DNA of 62,810 nt, counting the filler, from Kipferlia bialata (Eukaryota): the NCBI GenBank assembly GCA_003568945.1. It is 8 parts of 7 records of this genome, joined end to end, with 100 filler letters (N's around TTAATTAATTAA, not from the genome) between each part and the next. Parts side by side here need not be neighbours in the genome. Positions count along the whole stretch, not along the records: positions 42,721 to 54,932 come from BDIP01001115.1; positions 55,033 to 60,196 come from BDIP01001117.1; positions 60,297 to 62,810 come from BDIP01001176.1; 5 more parts are not named here. The stretch is one strand, 5' to 3'. The stretch's first letter is position 1; the number at the start of each line of letters is the position of its first letter. Of the stretch, positions 53,601 to 62,810 are shown in pieces. A model generated the notes under the pieces. That model did not search any database. It had not been told where the DNA came from and was given only the letters and a program-made list of their open reading frames with translations. The translations under genes and the position numbers were made by a program.

Positions 53601-54722
53601 GACAGGTGCAGCAGGGGCAGCATCGATGTCTATGCACTCCTCCCCCTTGACCTCTCCCTCCTTGCCCTCAGTCTCAGTGTCGATGTCTACAGCTGAGGCC
53701 TCGTCCCCAAAGGACAGAACCTCATCCACAGGCTGGGGTCAGAGGGGGTCACATATACACGTGCCACTCAATGGAACGACAATAGCATAATAATAGTAGT
53801 AGTAGAATGCACCCACCTCCTCCTTAGTCTGTGCCTCTGCCTTGGCCTCCAGGATAGAGGGCCTAGGCTTGGCATCTAGGGAAGATGGGATAGGGCTCTC
53901 TGTGTCTCTGTCCTCCTTAGTCTCTCCCTCTCCCTCTGCACCTGTCTCTGTCTTGGGTTCATCATCCTGCCCATCGCCCTGGGGGTTAGTGGAGGTAGAA
54001 GTGTATATAATCAAATCAATATCAATACTTCATACCTTGCCCTGGTATATCTGGAGGAACTTCTTGGACATTGTGACAACCTCCTGGTACACCTGGGGGT
54101 AGGTAGGGAGGGGGGTGAAGGTGAACCATGATATAATTAATAGGAATCCATACGATCTTATCACATACCTGCCTCTGGTATGGCCCCATGTCCACCACAA
54201 TCTCATGCAGCCTCTTGACAGGCATCTGGTCGAACACGTCCATCTTCTTGCGCCTGGCATTAGTCACGTAGAGGGTGTATAGGGAGTGTACAGATGATAT
54301 AAGCAGTGTATATATATGTCACACATACCTCAGGATGAATGGGTGGATCAGAGACCTCACACGCTCCAGGAGCTCAGCATCCCTGGGGTGAGAGACATGA
54401 CGTCAATGATAATGACACAATCAGCGCCAGTAACACATGTCACCCCACCTAGCGTCTGTCTTGTTGGACTTCCTGGACCTCTTCTCAAACTCACTGATGA
54501 AGGTGGACGTCTTGCCACTGTTCTTGAAGATGGAGGGGAGCACAAAGTTGAACACCTGGGGGTGAGGGGTACAGTTTCATACATACTGTGTCTATATATA
54601 TACTAGACATGGTATAGGGATGTGTGAAACGTACTGTGAATAGCTCTGTGAGGTTGTTCTGGACTGGGGTACCGGACAGCAGTAGACGGGAGACAGCACG
54701 GTACTGAGAGATGGAACGGAAC
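50681..54722 (-). CDS. SMARCAD1: SNF2-family chromatin remodeller, SMARCAD1/Fun30/Etl1 type; 5' partial
   Basis: RLLLSGTPVQNNLTEL, PFILRRKK, MSLRKASNHPHLFRIRY, MSDHEISAMC, RVLVFSQFTSVLDI, RIDGSVP, LTTRAGGLGINL, DFNPTGDIQAEDRCHRIGQ, VYRLVCKGTVDE; stop TAA at 50683-50681. SNF2 call is firm; the subfamily rests on the QAEDRCHR and MSDxE motifs. Confidence 0.85.
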
Positions 54723-54880
54723 CTAGGCGGTTAGAGACAGGACTCATTGAATACACGCACTGCAACTGATACACAGATACTACATGATGATGTATCTCTC
54801 TGACTCTCTGTTCCTGACCAGCTGATAATAATCACTGAATACACTACTGTGCGCACACTCATATTATATGAGTGTGCATA

Positions 54881-54932
54881 GGGCTTCAAAAATATAGAAT
54901 AATCGTTATTCTATATAGAATAATCAGAATTC
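54881..54932 (+). mobile_element. Terminus of a second MITE-like family, cut by the contig end
   Basis: ta|GGGCTTCAAAAATATAGAATAAT is the exact reverse complement of 60598-60622. Confidence 0.65.
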
Positions 54933-55085
54933 NNNNNNNNNNNNNNNNNNNNNNNNNNNNNNNNNNNNNNNNNNNNTTAATTAATTAANNNNNNNNNNNN
55001 NNNNNNNNNNNNNNNNNNNNNNNNNNNNNNNNCCCCCGTGTTTTTTCCCCCAGACCCCCCCCCCCCCCCCCCCCCCGCAACATAC

Positions 55086-56886
55086 CTGTTAAAGAACCGA
55101 CCCGATGCCACCCTCGACACGAGTACATTGGCTGCAATGGTCTCCACAGCAAACTTGGTGGCCAGGAAGAGTGTGACGCACTGGTATAAGACAGAGTCGA
55201 TACTCCACGGTGGACTACGCAGATAATGTAGTTATGAACATGACCCATACCTGCTTTCCGCTGAGGAGAAGGCTGAAGATAAGGACGAGGAAGGTTGCCA
55301 CGAGCATAAAGCCTGGCATTAGGAGAGTGCATGTAGTACGTACAGTGGATGAGTACATATCATATACATAAACAGAACTATATCACCAAATACCGCACCT
55401 CCCTCCTTGGCGACCACCACCATGTACACGGCAGGGGGCAGGTAGCATGCTGGGGTGAGAGCAGACAAGAACGAATGTGCTGAGATTGTTGCCAGTATAT
55501 GTGTGTGTATAATACGCTGTCTGAGTGTGTATGTATATATACCCGTACCTGTGGCCAGAATGAAGTTGTGCATGGCTATGTATGAGGGCAGGCCGAAGAG
55601 GGAGACCGAGTTCTCCAGCAGCTGCAGCAGACCAGACCCCTAGGGGTGAGAGGCAGATTCCGAGGGGGGGGGGTAGGGGTGGGAGTCTCGCGCCATCAGA
55701 CCACACAGTCCCATACAAACACGTACATACATATACACCTACTCACCCATGCTAGCTCCATGAACACTGCCATATCATCGTGGGTCATGCCGTTGTCGTA
55801 CCCATGGGCCACCACCTTTCCAATCACAAGGATGAACAGCCCGCTCACTGGGGTCACGGGGGGGGGGGGGGGATAGTATTGCAATATATACGAGGCCGGC
55901 ATACTAATTCAGCAATTCATGAATGAATATATACACATAGATATCAACGACGCGTCATTATGTATACGACACGTACCTACAGTGATAAGGTGGTGAGGAA
56001 GAGCCATCAGCCAAGAGACATAGGTGCCTAGCTTGCCTATTTCCTGGGTAAGGGGAAGACCACCACTACTATTAAGTGACTCAGAGCAACAACCCTACAG
56101 AGTTGATACAACTAGACACACAAAACCTTGAATGCGCTGCGTCCCACACAGGCCTCCCCAGACAGTGTGCTCCGAAGCATTGCATATGTGGCAGTATGGC
56201 ACCGGTAGTGCAAGAAGAGGTACCCGCAAAGGCGATACTACGGTGAGTGAATGAGTGAATGAGATGCAATACTGCCAGGAAGCTCTACACACTATATATA
56301 TACACGTACGATGACTAGGATCAATATACAGCCTGGGACAGCGACAAGTGCCTGGACCAGGACGGGATGGTCGAAGATGGGGGCGAAGACAGGGTCGGCC
56401 CTAATGCTGGTGGGTAAGTGTATGGTCCATAGTTGAGACTACAGCAATATCCCATCAAATGGACATCTGACTTCTGATATGGATACCCACCTAGCAAGGT
56501 AGACCCCTAGGAAGTGCATGGCAACACAGGTGACAGCCACCTGGGCAACCCCCAGCACGACAACGAGGGAGTGGTGCCGCTGACGTCAGATGAAGGTGCA
56601 GGTGTTGCATGTTAACACATATACAAAAGTATGGATCATGCCACAATGGTGAATAGGGAGGAGTCACATAGAGAAGGGCCATTTCATCATAGAGTATAGG
56701 GATACCCGGTACCTCCATCTTGTTCATATTCCCAAAGGACACAAAGAGATTGGATCTGAACTCCTTGTTATAGACCAGCTGCGGATGAGACACAGGAGGG
56801 AGGATATATCACAGATGTCTGCGAGTACCTATGAAAGAGGAAGGGCGGGCATAAGATAGCCATCGAACCCAGGTGGGCTGATACTG

Positions 56887-56917
<31 letters not shown>

Positions 56918-59900
56918 TATATACCTGCACAATCTGCCAGATGGCTAGGAAGAGGTTACGTGCCGAAGACACGCTGCCCTTAGGCCTGTGGGAGTGGACA
57001 TCTCCTCCGTCCACGGTCATCCTGAGGGTAAGGGAGGGGGGGAAGTCCAACAATGTCGTATATCAGCGGCCTATACCCCACCTGAACTGCTCCCCCATCC
57101 GGTGGAGGGGGCTGCCCTCAGGGGCCAGGGCGTGCAGGGCCCTGAGGTCGGCCAGCAGCACTGCGTCCACTGATGCTACAGACTGGGCCACGTCGCCGGC
57201 CTCCTTGCTGACACTGCCCTGTGGGCCGGGGATCACAGACAACTCACGGGTCTGGCCATCCTTCCGCCGTCTCCGCCGTCTACGGGCCTTGGTGGGTTCG
57301 GTAGTGGTGGTCTCGGGGTCGTGTCTGACGGGCGTGTCACCATCAGCACCTGACCCAAGGGCAGTGCGTGGTGAGGGACAGTCCCTCTGCCCACTGCCAC
57401 CCTCCCCCTCTGAGTCACACCCTCTGGGAGGGGAGGGGGCACCTGGGGCGGCATGGTCCCCTAGCCTCAGGCCATCGGTGTTGATGGATCCCCCGGGTCC
57501 CCCAGGCGTGGACTTGGTCCTGTGTGTGAGACAACGATGCAGAGACGGCCTATACAGAGAGGCACACACCACATACCGGACTGGGACGAGACTGGCCATG
57601 GATATGTGCTTCAGAGACCCCAGCGGCAGACGGGGGGGCGCCACTGTCCCCTCCTCAGTTACATCAATATCTATATCTCCCACACTAGCCACGGGGGACA
57701 GAATGCGGTGGGCATTGGCCTTCCTAGGGGTGGGTGTATTGAGAGAGAACGTGAATGGATAGACTGTATCAAGGCACCTCATTGCCACCAGGGCAGGCCG
57801 TGAGTTGGTGCCCGTCTCGGTGTCTGTGTCGCTGTAGTACTGACCATACAGGCCTAGAGCCGACCCAGACGACTGACAGTGAGACTGGGCAGACAGAGTA
57901 AGTATACAACGTTACGGGAGTGTACGCCACTCCCAATATACTACCTCCATATGCGAAATCCACCATGTCACCCACCTGTGATATCATGCCGAGATAGGCT
58001 GAATGACTGGCAGAGATGGTGGTGGATGAGTAGACATCGGTGGAGTCCTGGTATGTATAGAAGCCAGGCTGCCATCCGTAGGCCTCACTGCCTGTCCTGA
58101 CAGTCAGTATCACAGTCAGTGTCAGTATCAGTGTCAGTGTCAGTATCAAAACACAAATACATGTCGATTGTGGGTGGGTGTGTGTACTCGTGCCTCGCTA
58201 CAGGAAACAGACTAGAGGGCATCTGGTCAGCGCTCTTGAGGCGCTGGAAAGTCAACTCCCTGGGGTAAGGTGGCACATTGACAGAGAACAGGCACACACA
58301 GACACTGACCTATCACTGGTCTCCGATGTGTACGAGTACTCCTCAGACGACTGGCCCCCGTCCAGCATGGCGTGGTAGTCGGTGCCGCCTAGGGTGCCAG
58401 GGCCAAAGGACGAGTTCCTAGGGACAATGGCTATGTTGCCCACATAGCGGGACTGAGAAATGGCAGCCATGCTATTGCCATGGTACATCACCCCACCCAT
58501 CCCACCCACACCCGGATAGGACCCTTCCTGGTCATAAGAGTATAAATACATAAGTGGAGGGATAGTGGTACAAGTAGAGTAAGACAGAGAACGACGCGGG
58601 CTCAGAAAGCACCTTCTTGTTGTCTGGGCAAGAGTGGGACCTGTTCACTATGCACAGAGCCTCATTCACGTCCATCTGGGTCAGTCGGTCAGGGATAGGG
58701 GTAGGGGCTATATATACATATCTATATATACACCTCGGCACTGAGGGCAGCTGCGAATGCTGCCACGTCATAGGTGAGTCTTCTCCCCGGGGCCTCAGAC
58801 TCATTGGGAGGGTCCAGGCCTGGTCATCAGAACAGGCACCAAGTCACGCAGACACATAAGACAGACACGGGTATCCATACCTTCGCAGTCTTTCTCCCGC
58901 TGGGGCTGGGGAGCCACATATGCCTTATCCACATGGTAGAGAGGGGACTGCTCCTGAGAGAGCGGTGTGTGGAAGGTCAGGGAGCCGCTAGAGGGCACGA
59001 GGGGACTGGGGTCGGGCAGGTGGGGGAGGTCCTCCTCTGGTGTGGACACTGGGGTGCCTGCCAGAGGGGTGAGGCGGGGGGAGGTGAGGGGAGTGAGGCG
59101 GGGGGTGGTGATTGGGGAGGCCGCAGATGGCTCTGGGGTGCAGGGCAGGGAGCTGTCGTTGTCGTCGTTGGGAGTGCTGTTCATACTGTCTGACTCCTCA
59201 CTCCCATCCGGATCTGAGTCGGTGGGATGCCTGGACTCCTGTCAGTCAGTGCCAAGGGTCAAGGGTCAAGGGTCAAGAGTCAATACACCCTAGCAATAGA
59301 GACTCCAGGGTGCATTAGATACCTGAATCCAAGGGGAAGATGTGGCATTGCGGACTGTCTGGAAGGACTCCTGGGTGAGTAGGGAAGGTAGACGGGATCA
59401 CGGAACAGACCCACCTTTCTGTCGTGTGTCTTCTGCACAGCCTCTCTGTCTATGAACTGAGAGGCCCTGGCTATGGACGTGGCCCTGGATATGGTGCTCA
59501 GGCCTCTCTCAGGTGGGGACAGGGCTGGGCTTGGGGTCAGAGGGATCAAGCATATGGAAGACAGGGACAAATAGAAGCGAGACTACCATACGTCAATCTC
59601 CACCAACATACCCAGATGTCGAGTTGATAATGTGGCTGGGGGTCTGGATGTGGGCCTTGTCAAATCTGGGGTGAGGTTACCAGTGGGCTAGTGTCCCATT
59701 TGAAGAGGAGGAGGCTCAACCACTAGCCCATACCCACCTAGCACTGATGACGTCCCAGGGGTGGTCGACAAGGGCCGTGAACACATCCCCGCTCTGCAGG
59801 TTCCCCTCAGTCTGGGGTGGGAAGGGGGGAAGGGGGGGGGGGTGAAGGTATGACAAGAGATGGTGTATATGGGCATACCTCGCCGTCCATAAAGGCCGTC

Positions 59901-60117
59901 CCCTTCTGGGCGCCCCCTGGGCTCTGGGTGTTGAACAGCTGGGGGTGAGTGGAACTACAGCCACTATTTACGATGAAACAGTATACACTGCTTCCTCTGT
60001 CTATGGTCCTTGGTATGAATCAGATATTGTCAATTCTCCTTATACACACATTCCCACACTCACCCTGTCTATCCAGGATATGTGCTGGTGCGACATGCTA
60101 GAGTGGAAGAGAGTGGC
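55086..60117 (-). CDS. Hypothetical protein with low-complexity N-terminal region and multiple C-terminal transmembrane segments; partial
   Basis: About 20 exons with short introns; hydrophobic exons at 55.1-56.6 kb (SLVVVLGVAQVAVTCVAMHFLGVYLA; SGLFILVIGKVVAHGY; GFMLVATFLVLIFSLLLSG). Confidence 0.55.
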
Positions 60118-60296
60118 CTGACAGTCAGAGGGTGTGGGGTTGTCGTTTGGTTGGGGGGGGGGGGGGGGGGGGGGAGGGGGCCCCCAAGGGGGGGGGNNNN
60201 NNNNNNNNNNNNNNNNNNNNNNNNNNNNNNNNNNNNNNNNTTAATTAATTAANNNNNNNNNNNNNNNNNNNNNNNNNNNNNNNNNNNNNNNNNNNN

Positions 60297-60620
60297 AAAA
60301 ATATAGAAATAGAATAAAATATAGAATAATGATATTCTATATTTCTATATTCTGGAGGCAAAAATGTGCTATACCCTCAAATATTGACCCGATATTCATT
60401 GTGATATCACCATAACTTTTCATATATGGACTCAGCACACACTGTATCTCCTAGAAACACTCTATATCTATGAAATTAGTTGTTCTGTCACGTGTTAGGT
60501 TCTGTATGATGTGTATACTGCTGGTTTTTGCACTACACCCCTTATGCAAATCACACTATTCTATTATAGAATAACACTATTCTACGATAGAATACGCATT
60601 ATTCTATATTTTTGAAGCCC
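60297..60620. mobile_element. ~330-bp MITE-like element with TATAGAATA-type subterminal repeats, in an intron
   Basis: Right end ...ATTATTCTATATTTTTGAAGCCC|ta; the contig begins AAAAATATAGAA, the inner part of the same TIR. Confidence 0.65.
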
Positions 60621-60654
60621 TAATGGCTATACATATACAAATACATATACTCAC

Positions 60655-62322
60655 TTGATCTGGCCGTTGGGGTACAGGACTCTCACAAGGGGGTACAGGA
60701 CAACAGCACTGAAGGCATACCCTCTGTTGGGGGCCTTTCTCTTGACAGCTGGGGTTAGGGGTTGGGAATGTACATATACACACATATACATATACTGCTG
60801 GTATCAAAGAGCGTGATAGGATGACTCAACCCTAACTATAACAGTCCCAGCGTACATATATGCCTATATACCCAAATATATTGGAGAGTAGTTGAAAGGT
60901 AGCACCATCCAGTCAACGACGTCAGTATAGATAATAGTATATGGACACGTACACACACTAACATGTATACATAAACACACCTGGCTGAATGAGTGCTGGT
61001 CTGAAGAAGTGCACTCTGCCCAGGCCCATGGCCAGTAACCCGGCCTAGGGTGAGTCCTAGGTATTCTATATACAATATAGTGTTATATAATGTACGTATA
61101 TATATTACACTTAGTACTGTCTGTATATATACACACCTCTGCCTCGCCCTTGTCCCTGCCAAAGGCCACGCGAGTCTTCTGGGACTGGGGTGAGAGGGCA
61201 CTTACAGTGGATGGTACACATACTGCTATGTTCTCAAGCATTGATATATCAAACAGTGTACTTCACAGGACACACAGGAGGGGTGCAGATCACACTGAAT
61301 AGTGAATATCATCATCACATACATGTAGAGACTAGTTGGGTCAAGTATACCATCAATATCACCAAATTTAGATATATAGATAATGATCTCAATGGAAAAA
61401 GGCCACTATATCCACTAATCGTATTTCACTACACCCAATGTATGTGTATATATTTGTTTGAATATATACAATGTATGTATCTATACCTGTTCTGCTCCCG
61501 CATATACCTCTACTTTTACACTACAGATAATGATAATTATATGTATGATTATATACATTGTATATATATTAATGCATGATTATATACAATGTATGTATCT
61601 ATACCTGGTCTGCTCCTTCCTATATATATATATGTGTGTGTGTGTATGTATATTACATGTATATTACATACTATGTATACCTGATCTGCTCCTTCCCCAG
61701 ACAGAAGGAGGAAGGCTGCATTGGGGGACAGCTGAGGGTGAGAGAGGGGGAATACATATAGTATACATATACTACACAGTGAATATGTATAGTATGAGTA
61801 TGATAAGAGAGAGGCAGAGAGTAGGATATACGTCCTTCAGTGTCCTGCCAAGGGACCAGTGTAGCCACACTATATATATAAAACTATATCAGATATAGTA
61901 CTATGCTTACGACGTATATACCTCCTTCAGTGCCCGTCCACATGCCAAGGGAACAGTGTAGCCACAATATATGTATCAATATAAGAGAGACATTAATATA
62001 TGGAACTGAGACTTATGTACACGATGTATATACCTCCTTGAGTGCCCTGCCACATGCCAATGGAGCAGAGGCAGTGAGACTATGGTACTGGTCACGGGAC
62101 ACCTTGCCCCTGGGGGGGGAGGGGGCATATTGTATATATATAGCTAGTATATACATTGAGAGAGACATGGACTGGCACACTGAAGTCTAACACAATAGGA
62201 GAGAGAGAGAGACGCACCAGTAGACTCCTAGGCAGAATAGGCACATATCGACACCCACTAGGTGGTCACGGACAGAGGAGTAGTCCTGGGTATCAGAACC
62301 AAAAAAAGGTATATATATATCT

Positions 62323-62354
<32 letters not shown>

Positions 62355-62735
62355 GTGGTCACGGACAGAGGAGTAGTCCTGGGTATTAGATGGTAAAATC
62401 TATCTATCTATACATATATATCTAGAGAGAGAGAGAGAGAAGTGGTTAACACTATAGTCACTGAGAGGGAGTACCTCGAAGTCTGTGTGCATCACCTTGG
62501 AACAGTAGGTAGGGGTATGCTCATCATATACATACACTATCACCATCTACATGAGATACACTAAGCAAACCAGTACCTCGAAGTCCGTGTGTATATATAT
62601 ATATATATTAATATATATATACACTAAGACGCCTGAGGGAGAGACAGACAGAGAGAGAGAGAGAGCTATGCACTCACCTCGAAGTCCGTGTGTATGACCT
62701 CTGTCAGCTTGGGATGGACAACACCAGTAGATCGC
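60655..62735 (-). CDS. Atypical short-chain dehydrogenase/reductase, CC3/TIP30(HTATIP2)-like Rossmann fold; partial
   Basis: Phase-consistent exons RSTGVVHPKLTEVIHTDFE|DYSSVRDHLVGVDMCLFCLGVYW|GKVSRDQYHSLTASAPLACGRALKE|LSPNAAFLLLSGEGADQ|SQKTRVAFGRDKGEAE|AGLLAMGLGRVHFFRPALIQP|AVKRKAPNRGYAFSAVVLYPLVRVLYPNGQI; FCLG, SxxGAD, KGEAE and FRP motifs. Confidence 0.85.
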
Positions 62736-62810
62736 CTGGGGTTATATAGAGACAGAGAGTAACCAAGAGGGGGTGGGGGGGGGGGGGGGGGGGGGAGAAA
62801 GGGCGCTCGA

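Noticed and set aside
59737..59938. TAFMDGET as a P4-ATPase actuator motif
   Set aside because: No following TM3-4, DKTGT or GDGxND motifs were found in the downstream exons.
54881..60620. One 5.7-kb transposon bounded by inverted GGGCTTCAAAAATATAG ends
   Set aside because: The two ends are on different contigs separated by two artificial linkers.
1..62810. Most six-frame ORFs (YIYIY, RERER, SLSLS peptides)
   Set aside because: They are translations of intronic (TA)n/(GA)n microsatellites or antisense shadows; the real genes are spliced.

Overview
Eukaryotic, very intron-rich genomic DNA. The window is eight short contigs concatenated with artificial 100-nt N44-TTAATTAATTAA-N44 linkers, so synteny across linkers is meaningless. 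(TA)n/(GA)n-rich introns, branch points fused to the 3' splice site, kelch and pentapeptide genes and a ciliary gene suggest a flagellated protist, possibly a fornicate such as Kipferlia (inference only). Manual splicing recovers: an MFS-like transporter, a MECR-type enoyl reductase, an ARF GTPase, a pentapeptide-repeat protein with a possible divergent cullin-like C-terminus, a convergent pair of kelch-like paralogs, NPHP4, a kelch protein, a SMARCAD1/Fun30-type SNF2 ATPase, a CC3/TIP30-like SDR, several unknown genes and two MITE families. The standout is a pervasive 'exon-echo' architecture. Many exons are flanked, inside the introns, by polarised arrays of partial copies of themselves: acceptor plus exon start upstream, exon end plus donor downstream, separated by microsatellite. 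These half-exons cannot be spliced in as they stand, yet they differ from the real exon mostly at synonymous positions, as if under protein-level selection. Exon coordinates were read by eye and are approximate.
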